NCBI GenBank assembly: GCA_043801585.1
Contig: JAZDLX010000138.1
Coordinates: 1-23,931 of the forward strand
Reading direction: 5' to 3'
DNA from: a bacterium
GTDB lineage: Bacteria > Electryoneota > Electryoneia > Electryoneales > Electryoneaceae
Length of the DNA stretch: 23,931 nt
Of the stretch, positions 17,301 through 23,931 are shown piece by piece. The notes under the pieces were generated by a model. That model saw only the letters and a program-made list of their open reading frames with translations. It did not search any database and was not told the origin of the DNA. The position numbers and the translations under genes were made by a program. The stretch's first letter is position 1; each line of letters opens with the position of its first letter.

Positions 17301-19780
17301 AAGAAGCGGGGTTGGAGGGTGAGGCGGTGACGGCTCTCGAGAGTGCGGGGGGAATCGACGCGGACCCGGAGATCTCGGCCTGGGCGTTGTTCGAAGCGGG
17401 GCGCAACGCCGAGGGACGCAACAACCGTGACGAGGCGGAGAACGCTTACCGAACGGTGCTCGACTGGTACCCGGAGCAGGAAGCGGCTCCCTCGGCGGCA
17501 GTCAGCATCGCGCGGTTGCACGAGGAGAAGACCAACCGTCGCGGGCACACACCCACCGCGAAGGAGATCCGTGAAGTCGCGGATCTTTACGAAGGGGTCG
17601 CGAGGGACTATCCGGAGAGCGATCAGGCTCCGCCTGCGCTTGTCCACGCCGCGGAACTGTACCAAAGTGCCGATGACAAAGAGGGCGAACAGCGGGCTCT
17701 GGCGGCGTTGCTGATCCACTATCCGCAGCAGAAAGGGGTGCTTCCGCTGGGTCGCCGGGCTGGGTTGCTCGCCTGGTCGGCAGGTGACCGTTCCGCGGCC
17801 CACCAACTTTTCCTGACACTGACCGAACGCGCCCCACTTAGCCGGGAGGCGGTGTCGGCGTTTGTTTTTCTGGGAAATGAAGCGGTGCGCAACGGGAAGA
17901 TTTCGGATTCCCGCTGGGCGTACACAATGGCCCTGCGATCCCAATCCGACGAAGAGCAGGCGGGCAGACCCGGAGATCCCGCATTTGCCCACCAGGCGAT
18001 GATCGCCCTGGCGGATCAGGATCTCGTGGCGTTTCAGGCGGTCCACTATGACCGGCCCGGCAGGGATTCCGAAAAACGCCGTTCGGAAAAACTGTCCCTG
18101 GGGACAGACCTGGTCAAACGGTACCGTGAAGCAGCCGGATTCATCGATATCGCTTCGGTTCGGTCCCTGCTGGGGATTGCCGCGGTCGAAGTGGGGATGG
18201 CGGGCGCCGAACAGTTTAGGGTTTTGCCAAAGGATTTACCCGCCGAAACGTTGGCGGTGAAAACCCAGGAGCAAGCGCTTGCCACCTGGGCTCATCGAAA
18301 TGCCGCCATTGACGCGTTGAAGTTGGCCCGGAATCACGCCACCGACATTGTCCGGCTCGTCGATTCGCTCAGTATGGCAGCTGTGAGTGATGAGGAAATC
18401 GGCATTCGAACGGGACTCCAGGCGGATCGATTGTGCAATGATAAATCCGGCGGCAAGGGGGTTCTCCCCGCTCTGGCGGATTCCGCCGCCCGGGAAATCC
18501 TCAAGCAGTATGATCTGGCGATTGCCTCCCAGGAGGAGCTGCTCAACTCTTTCGCCTCTCTTCCGGATCGCGGTGAGACCAAGCTGGAGCGGGACGTTTA
18601 CCGTCTCGCGCTGATCGATGATCTGCTACGGCCGCGCATCCGGTTTCTTCTCGAACTGAAGATCGCCGCCCGTGGCGCGGCACGGGAGCTGGGCCGTACA
18701 CCCGGTTTTGCGTCCAACCTGTTTTCGCAAAGCAATCAGTCGCGTGGGGCCGCCGAGATGGCGATCCAGGTGATGGAGGCCGATCTCCCGGCGCGCCTCG
18801 AAGAGTACAGGCAGGTGGTTGCGAAGGCTGCCAGCACGGTTGTTGTCGAACCTTTGAATGAACAGGGCGAAAAGATCCTCGACATGCAGCAGCTCGCGGT
18901 GGACCTGAGCTGGTTGGATGTGGACATCACCCGCGATCAGCTTTCGGTTGTGGTGTCAGACCCGGACCTTAAACAGACAGCAATTTCGAGGGCGAAGAAC
19001 GCGATGAAGGCCGCCCTCGAGCATGCCACTGAAATGGACCGTCACGCCCGTCTGAACCGGCAGGATGCGCAGCAGTACCGGGATCAGTATGAGACCCTTC
19101 GCAGCGAGGGTCTGCTCACTGCCGTGCGTCTGCATGAAGATCTTGCGGACGGCTGGGATCGGGGTGCGATCCGTGTCCTCGAACCCGCATGGGCAATTGC
19201 CGCGGAACTCGGACTGCGTCCTCATCCGGAGGTGGACGCCGTGGCGCGGGAACTCGCGCGCCGCAACCCCGCCGATTATGCCTACACGGTCGGATTAAAC
19301 GAAACGGTCCGTACCACGATCACAAACGACCGTTGGACGTGGCGGCAGAGCGAGGAGGGGGCGGAGAAGCAGGTTTCGGTGATTCGCAAAGCGCTTCCCT
19401 GGTCCTCGTCGGAGAATCTGGAACAGCCGATGTTGATTGCAGCGGATCCAGCCGCCAGGGAAGCCTGGTTCGAGGGCGGTGTGTTGATCGAGGGAACACT
19501 CAGCAGTGCAACCCTTGCCATCGTCGCGAGTCGCCGCTACGAGGTGTATCTTAACGGGCGGTTCGCCGCCGAGACGGTGGACGGCCGGGGGGGCGATGGA
19601 GCGCCGGAGGAATGGAACGTCACCGACCTCGTCCAGCAGGGTCATAACAGGATACGCGTACGCCTCGTTGGAGAGGGAGCGGAAAACACTCTGGCGGTAC
19701 GCCTGACCTGGCGAACGGTTGGCGAAATCCGGGACACGATGAAAGCGGTCTTCCCAACCGGGAGGGCATCATCGAAATGA
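14375..19780 (+). CDS. Very large exported TPR/alpha-solenoid protein (GltD-like) with C-terminal beta-sandwich domain
   Basis: GTG start with SD AGGGAG and a signal peptide. Repeated BamD/CpoB-like TPRs (AIMLFEDVFRGYP, AENAYRTVLDWYP, YEGVARDYPESDQAPPAL). C-terminal YEVYLNG..WNVTDLVQQGHNRIRVRL. Confidence 0.75.
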   Translation: MSRSAPQRTHRKTAKRTFVAVLLLCAGAGAAPAHSLPILVAPDPETMLKGEPALVPVAPESLGIAAWKAEWEAARQSFDITAWHEEKEQSIRNAVAREDLRDALRSLLEGYTTRGEAVAALMEKTGKDPERVRSLARNVAELGWPLIAADLYGTVMDGSEQGLRSAIARAKLLEASGDHNLAIQTLESSTLRISRKGSESVRELRERAAVVLADLYLIQSRATDAASIAGEIQDESPWWSQARMILVRASRMSGDNDTAQRNAKTLEQATDRLDLQLGAGCEVYGTSPNGSQRNEEAWRLVRENDGLDTLQACALQAFRALNALNLLDVVQTIAVAAGDSVTWVRAQKVIQGIQSIFNGAWTEAVDGPIARRSVAESRRIALQNSQPVTEQTERLSLSEREASLLDLLSRRRDLLRTLLLNDMDTIQRRWGAGGDNSGQKAVKEYLDELTEALRSRDQLLTLLIKSDPGSATAAELVLYSPEKQTDDSLRFLITQPGTDARLRSAFLLKEVNSALEEGSKVSGELAASAYWDAPAMPTAAKALEIRGQLESSSMHPDARVERLTWLKAADASLGVAHMNYLLKAGTAGVQSGEGDGRWSRSIAEILLSDEKLACYTGDAAVWRDPFDLYATSLLAETDGDPSAAVDSLSKWLAISPVTNLCYGVDLYLSLGRATIAMAGPIAAVDTALARVEQSVRGGYVRARADRLAYQLAERRGSSDVEAWNRRMEAARRGLTALQQPAWDGTVWGERWHAQVTEEAYEALNLATQSAQVSHQQEWRQRAVDAATALETAAPDDPRAAVGWVNVAALYENRDTPLDMQQAIFHYLHSARRWPEALSSQLAADRALAMADRVVRLTPAPTPDSLLVETARLRAERLSDPGQIASTLLLAGVTLRKEEQWQPAIMLFEDVFRGYPATDAAEEALEGWLECELALGNLRAVSQMHDSLMAEGASGRRATVLRRALTRAETLLAKRLKEAGLEGEAVTALESAGGIDADPEISAWALFEAGRNAEGRNNRDEAENAYRTVLDWYPEQEAAPSAAVSIARLHEEKTNRRGHTPTAKEIREVADLYEGVARDYPESDQAPPALVHAAELYQSADDKEGEQRALAALLIHYPQQKGVLPLGRRAGLLAWSAGDRSAAHQLFLTLTERAPLSREAVSAFVFLGNEAVRNGKISDSRWAYTMALRSQSDEEQAGRPGDPAFAHQAMIALADQDLVAFQAVHYDRPGRDSEKRRSEKLSLGTDLVKRYREAAGFIDIASVRSLLGIAAVEVGMAGAEQFRVLPKDLPAETLAVKTQEQALATWAHRNAAIDALKLARNHATDIVRLVDSLSMAAVSDEEIGIRTGLQADRLCNDKSGGKGVLPALADSAAREILKQYDLAIASQEELLNSFASLPDRGETKLERDVYRLALIDDLLRPRIRFLLELKIAARGAARELGRTPGFASNLFSQSNQSRGAAEMAIQVMEADLPARLEEYRQVVAKAASTVVVEPLNEQGEKILDMQQLAVDLSWLDVDITRDQLSVVVSDPDLKQTAISRAKNAMKAALEHATEMDRHARLNRQDAQQYRDQYETLRSEGLLTAVRLHEDLADGWDRGAIRVLEPAWAIAAELGLRPHPEVDAVARELARRNPADYAYTVGLNETVRTTITNDRWTWRQSEEGAEKQVSVIRKALPWSSSENLEQPMLIAADPAAREAWFEGGVLIEGTLSSATLAIVASRRYEVYLNGRFAAETVDGRGGDGAPEEWNVTDLVQQGHNRIRVRLVGEGAENTLAVRLTWRTVGEIRDTMKAVFPTGRASSK

Positions 19781-20154
19781 AATTTACCTCTCGGCACAAG
19801 GTGACAGTAGACGGGAAACGGTCAACCAGCCCGATGTGGGCGCTGTTGCCGGTTGTCCTCTGCTTTCTGAGTTTTCAGCACGTGTTCGCAGAGGATGAGG
19901 CTCCGAAGCTGATCCGCCTGAAAACCGTGGAGGTGGAGGAGGAGGCAACCTCGGATACCCTTTCCGTGGAGGTTACACACGAGGACATTTCCATAACCCT
20001 CTTCGGACTCCCGCCCGCACCGGGACCGGGTGCGCTTCTGGAGGATTTCCCTCTTCCCGGAAAGGGAACGGACGACCCTGAAACCGTGCACAAGTTGCTT
20101 GACCTTTTGAACACCGAAACCAAGCCTGCCGCCGAACGCGGCAAGGGGGACTGA
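19777..20154 (+). CDS. Small exported/membrane-anchored acidic hypothetical protein (positionally GltF/CglF-like)
   Basis: ATGA overlap with the upstream stop. Hydrophobic segment ending HVFA/E. Its stop lies 2 nt before the next ATG. Confidence 0.6.
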   Translation: MKFTSRHKVTVDGKRSTSPMWALLPVVLCFLSFQHVFAEDEAPKLIRLKTVEVEEEATSDTLSVEVTHEDISITLFGLPPAPGPGALLEDFPLPGKGTDDPETVHKLLDLLNTETKPAAERGKGD

Positions 20155-20156
20155 CC

Positions 20157-20798
20157 ATGCTGCAGGAATTCTTTCGCTCCTTCAACCCCACATCGCCCGG
20201 CTACCTGTTCATGTGGGCATTGCTGGGAATGTTCATCTGGATGGCGGCGATTGCGCTCGAACGGTTCATCGCGATCTGGGGACGGGCAAATGTCAACGCA
20301 CCCCGTTTCATGGCGGAAGTTCGGAAAATGGTCCAGGCGGGCGATTATCGTAAAGCGATCAGCCTCTGCCGTGCAGCGGGAAACCGGGCGTTGCCGCGGG
20401 TGGTGCTCGCTGCCGTGGAGGAAGCGCAGAAACATGAACTGATCGACTACCGTGCGGTGCAGAACGCCATCGACGAATCGAGCCTCGAGGTGATTCCGGA
20501 GCTTCAGCGGCGGACTCCCTACCTGGCGATGATCGGAAATGTGGCGACGTTGACCGGACTGATGGGAACGATTTTCGGTCTGATCATCTCGTTCCGCGCG
20601 GCGGGGTCGGCAGGCGCCGGTACGGGCGAGCTGGCACAGGGGATTTCGGTGGCGATGCTGACCACCCTGACGGGTCTTCTTGTGGCGATTCCGGCAATTG
20701 TGGCGCATTCGGTGATCACCGCGAAGACCAACCGGATCATCGAACAGATCGACGAACACGCGGTGAAACTGATCAACCTGCTGACCGGTGGAGCCTGA
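20157..20798 (+). CDS. MotA/TolQ/ExbB proton channel protein (AglR-like)
   Basis: Three TM segments: IALERF, IGNVATLTGLMGTIFGLIISF and GISVAMLTTLTGLLVAIP. Confidence 0.92.
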   Translation: MLQEFFRSFNPTSPGYLFMWALLGMFIWMAAIALERFIAIWGRANVNAPRFMAEVRKMVQAGDYRKAISLCRAAGNRALPRVVLAAVEEAQKHELIDYRAVQNAIDESSLEVIPELQRRTPYLAMIGNVATLTGLMGTIFGLIISFRAAGSAGAGTGELAQGISVAMLTTLTGLLVAIPAIVAHSVITAKTNRIIEQIDEHAVKLINLLTGGA

Positions 20799-20801
20799 CC
20801 G

Positions 20802-21392
20802 ATGGCCTACCGTCCGAGCCGCAAGAGAAAGACGACGCAGCCCGGCGTCGAGACGAACATCACCCCGGTGATGAACCTGGTGGTGGTGTTGATTCCCCTG
20901 CTGCTCTCCGTGGCTCAATTCGTCAACGTCAGCCTGCTCGATTATCAACCCCCTCCGGCGGAGGACCTTGCCAACGCCGAGCCGGACAGCCGCGATCTCC
21001 GGGAACGGCTTGAACTTGTCATCAACGTCGTTCCGAACGGTTTCGAGGTTTCACTGTTCGGTGCGACGAGCGGGCGGAATTTCAAACGCATACCGCTGAC
21101 ATCGAGGGGCGTTCATGACATCGAGACGCTTCGTCTGGAGTTGGTAAGGATTCGCCGTGACATCATTGGGTCGCCGATTGATACCGTGGAGGAGGTCGAT
21201 CCTGTGACAGGGATGCCCCTGCGCCGTCCGGTCTACCGTTTTCCCGACGCGGAAGTGGTCAATGTCGCTGCGAAAGGCAACACACCGTGGCAACTCGTGG
21301 TCAGCGTCATGGATGCTGCGCGGAGCTATACGGATGAGCGGGGAAGCCGTCATCCGCTATTCGCCCTGCCACGTCTCGGTCAGATTCAATAG
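20802..21392 (+). CDS. ExbD/TolR family protein (TM Asp replaced by Asn)
   Basis: NITPVMNLVVVLIPLLL TM segment; C-terminal TPWQLVVSVMDAAR. Confidence 0.85.
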   Translation: MAYRPSRKRKTTQPGVETNITPVMNLVVVLIPLLLSVAQFVNVSLLDYQPPPAEDLANAEPDSRDLRERLELVINVVPNGFEVSLFGATSGRNFKRIPLTSRGVHDIETLRLELVRIRRDIIGSPIDTVEEVDPVTGMPLRRPVYRFPDAEVVNVAAKGNTPWQLVVSVMDAARSYTDERGSRHPLFALPRLGQIQ

Positions 21393-21401
21393 GACGCGGC
21401 G

Positions 21402-21929
21402 ATGGCTTTTGCACCTTCGAAACGGCGGCGATTCACTACCCAAGAAGCGGGACGAGTATCGCTCACCCCGATGATGGACATGATGACCATCATCCTGCTC
21501 TTCCTGCTGAAAACCTATTCCGTCGCCGGCGCGCTGCTTTCCCCCGCTATCGGAGATCTGCCCGTTTCCGAATCACGAACCGAACCCCGTCGTACGCTTT
21601 CGGTTGTTTTGACTACGGACGGCCTCTTTGAAGAGGCCGAGGTGGGCAGCGATCAGGAATCCGGGATCGGACGGCTGATCGTGTCCACGAAAGAGTTCGA
21701 CAACGAAGCATCCGTGTCACTGCTCAGTCTTGAATCGTGGCTGGCGGATCGCAGGGAACTCGAACGGTCGCTCGGCAAACAGGTGACCAGCCGTGAGCTG
21801 ACCGTCCAGGCGGCACGGGGGGTGCCCTACGCTTGGGTGCTGAAATTGATCAATGCCGCGACTCTTTCTGATTATGACGTCTTCGAATTTGTCGTGTTGA
21901 AATCTGCCGAGTCCGGAGGTGGACGATGA
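21402..21929 (+). CDS. ExbD/TolR family protein (AglS-like)
   Basis: LTPMMDMMTIILLFLLKTYS TM segment with the conserved Asp; C-terminal VQAARGVPYAWVLKLI. Confidence 0.87.
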   Translation: MAFAPSKRRRFTTQEAGRVSLTPMMDMMTIILLFLLKTYSVAGALLSPAIGDLPVSESRTEPRRTLSVVLTTDGLFEEAEVGSDQESGIGRLIVSTKEFDNEASVSLLSLESWLADRRELERSLGKQVTSRELTVQAARGVPYAWVLKLINAATLSDYDVFEFVVLKSAESGGGR

Positions 21930-22897
21930 GCCGCCTCCATGATCCGTTCCCGCGCGAATTCCAGGCGAGGCCGTTCGGCGACCTCGATCGAACACTCCTT
22001 TTCCTGCTGATGCTGTTTGCGACGGTTTCGATGCCCACGATCTGGCGGTTGAAGGATCTCCCGATCCGGGTGGTGACACAGCATCAGCGAGAGGAATACC
22101 TGCGAATTATCTACCGTGCCCAACCGCCTGCGGGGGAAGCGGCTCCGAGGGCGGGAGAGGGTCTCGTCGAAGAGGAGGGGGTGGTGCCGGGAGTCGAAAA
22201 GGCTCCCGGACGCGAGACGGTGCGCCAACGTGAGGAGCGTCGGCGGCGGGAAGCGCTGGCCCGGACGGAACGCAGGCAGACCCGTCTCGCGAAAGCCCGT
22301 AGCACGGGAATTTTCACCGCGGCAGGAGCGCAGATGCCATCGTTCTCCAGTTTCAACGCGGGGGCGCTGTCATTGACCGGCGGGAGCCTGGAGGGGCTCG
22401 AGGTGGGGAGTGTCTCGGAACTCGTGTCGTCCCCCGATGCGGAGGCGATCGCCGGTTTGAGAGAGAGGGGGTTGCTGAACGCTCCGCCACCGACACCGGA
22501 TTTGATCGGAAACGAGCTGGAGGATGTGGATCTCGCGCTTTCCGAGGCACAGGTGGTGCTTGATGCGTTGCCGAAAGTACGCGGAAGGGCGTCGGAGCAG
22601 GAGGCGCGGAGCGAAGCGGTGTTGCAGCGTGTCATTGGAGTCGAACTCTCCGGCCTTCGCGCCTGTTACCTGGCGCAAAAACGGAAGGACACGGGATTGC
22701 TGGGGTCGCTGGATGTGCGAATGGTGGTCCTGCCACCGGGAGATGTCGCCCGTGTCCGATTCCTCAACAGCACCTGGTCGAACCCCGCGCTCGGGCGGCG
22801 CGTGGAACGTTGCCTGCTCGAACGGATCGGGCGCTGGCGTTTCGACCCTGCGACAGGGGGCGAAGTGACGCTTGAGTTTCCGTTGGTGTTCAAGTGA
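21926..22897 (+). CDS. TonB-like energy transducer with AgmX/PglI (GltG/J-type) C-terminal domain
   Basis: Single N-terminal TM and a charged linker. C-terminal RS..LQRVI..LRACY....D.GL.G...RMVV...G.V....VERCLLERIGRWRF..VTLEFPLVF. Confidence 0.85.
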   Translation: MSRLHDPFPREFQARPFGDLDRTLLFLLMLFATVSMPTIWRLKDLPIRVVTQHQREEYLRIIYRAQPPAGEAAPRAGEGLVEEEGVVPGVEKAPGRETVRQREERRRREALARTERRQTRLAKARSTGIFTAAGAQMPSFSSFNAGALSLTGGSLEGLEVGSVSELVSSPDAEAIAGLRERGLLNAPPPTPDLIGNELEDVDLALSEAQVVLDALPKVRGRASEQEARSEAVLQRVIGVELSGLRACYLAQKRKDTGLLGSLDVRMVVLPPGDVARVRFLNSTWSNPALGRRVERCLLERIGRWRFDPATGGEVTLEFPLVFK

Positions 22898-22907
22898 AGG
22901 GAAAATG

Positions 22908-23931
22908 TGTCATTGCCAGGGTTCTGACACTTCGGGATCCGCAGCTAACTCCATTATAGCCTTCGAACTTGAAACCCATTGGAGATCACCGCGCCCTCCC
23001 GCTGGCGCGTGAGTGCTGGTGATGACACCTTAATTGTCATTGCCAGCTATCACGTCTTTTTGTGATGGCACGGCAATCTCCAAAGTATGCTGGAATTTTA
23101 AATCCATTGGAGATCACCGCGCCCTCCCGCTGGTGCGTGAGTGCTGGTGATGACACCTTAATTGTCATTGCCAGCTATCACGTCTTTTTGTGATGGCGTG
23201 CAATCTCCAAAGTATGCTGGAATTTTAGATCCATTGGAGATCACCGCGCCCTCCCGCTGGCGCGTGAGTGCTGGTGATGACACCCTTTTGTCATTGCCAG
23301 CCATCACGTCTTTTTGTGATGGCGCGGCAATCTCCAATAGGTGTCCGGCAGGGGACTGATGATGTCAAGAACAAAAACTTACTTTGTTTACATCATGGCG
23401 AACGAATGGAATACCGTCCTCTATGTCGGCGTGACGAATGACATCCAGCGGAGAATCAACGAGCATAAATGTGGTGAAGGTAGCGTGTTCACAAGAAAAT
23501 ACAAGGTGAACAAACTGGTCTATGCTGAGGAGTTTCGGAACATCGATGAAGCGATCAGGGCTGAAAAGTCTTTGAAAAGAGGAACAAGGGCGAGAAAGAT
23601 TAAATTCATCGAATCTGTGAATCCCCAGTGGAAGGATCTGGCCAATTCCTGGTAAACTGCAAGATACGAAAATCAATTGGAGATCACCGCGCCCTCCCGC
23701 TGGCGCGTGAGTGCTGGTGATGACACCCTTTTGTCATTGCCAGCCATCACGTCTTTTTGTGATGGCGCGGCAATCTCCAAAGTCTGCTGGAATTTTAAAT
23801 CCATTGGAGATCACCGCGCCCTCCCGCTGGCGCGTGAGTGCTGGTGATGACACCTTAATTGTCATTGCCAGCCATCACGTCTTTTTGTGATGGCACGACA
23901 ATCTCCAAAGTATGCTGGAATTTTAAATCCA
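22908..23931. repeat. BIME-like array of alternating inverted GTCAT-tagged palindromes (A/B), period 127-128 bp, running off the window end
   Basis: A copies (49 bp): 22979-23027, 23107-23155, 23234-23282, 23677-23725, 23804-23852. B copies (48-49 bp): 23035-23083, 23163-23210, 23289-23337, 23732-23780, 23860-23908. Degenerate B at 22908-22954. Linkers of 6-7 bp and near-identical 23-bp spacers. Confidence 0.95.
23359..23655 (+). CDS. Standalone GIY-YIG nuclease embedded in the palindrome array
   Basis: YFVYIM..LYVGVT, RR..EH, catalytic Glu in AIRAEK, and C-terminal NPQWKDL. SD-like AGGGGA. About 44% GC by hand count. Start could be 23362. Confidence 0.92.
   Translation: MMSRTKTYFVYIMANEWNTVLYVGVTNDIQRRINEHKCGEGSVFTRKYKVNKLVYAEEFRNIDEAIRAEKSLKRGTRARKIKFIESVNPQWKDLANSW

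Noticed and set aside
19875..20948. 357-aa minus-strand ORF
   Set aside because: Antisense shadow of the exbB/exbD-like genes.
23162..23359. 65-aa ORF upstream of the nuclease
   Set aside because: It is simply a translation of the repeat units (SLPAITSFCDG occurs twice), with no SD and a non-ATG start.
22908..23931. CRISPR array
   Set aside because: Spacers are near-identical rather than unique, repeats alternate in orientation, the period is 127-128 bp, and no cas genes are present in the window.
22908..23931. Integron attC cassette array or classical IS/MITE
   Set aside because: No RYYYAAC/GTTRRRY boxes, no integrase or transposase, and no short target-site duplication could be identified.

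Overview
GC-rich (roughly 60%) bacterial chromosomal window, probably from a diderm with LPS (kdsA, TonB/ExbBD-type envelope genes). From left to right: the 3' part of ppdK; a secreted M1-aminopeptidase-like/TPR protein with degenerate zinc motifs; apgM and a MYG1/DHH-like gene on the minus strand; a GAF-HD-GYP phosphodiesterase; a secreted ankyrin-repeat protein; a single-domain response regulator; a minus-strand kdsA-SDR-HAD operon; and a plus-strand operon (1,800-aa TPR protein, small exported protein, ExbB/TolQ, two ExbD/TolR, TonB-C/AgmX-PglI) resembling the Agl-Glt core. The most striking element is the last 1 kb. It is a BIME-like array of two related 49-bp GTCAT-tagged palindromes in alternating inverted orientation (period 127-128 bp). 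A low-GC standalone GIY-YIG nuclease gene occupies one spacer slot, between two identical 104-bp units. This looks like a REPtron analogue with a GIY-YIG nuclease in place of a RAYT/HUH transposase. All calls were made by eye; no searches or folding programs were run.
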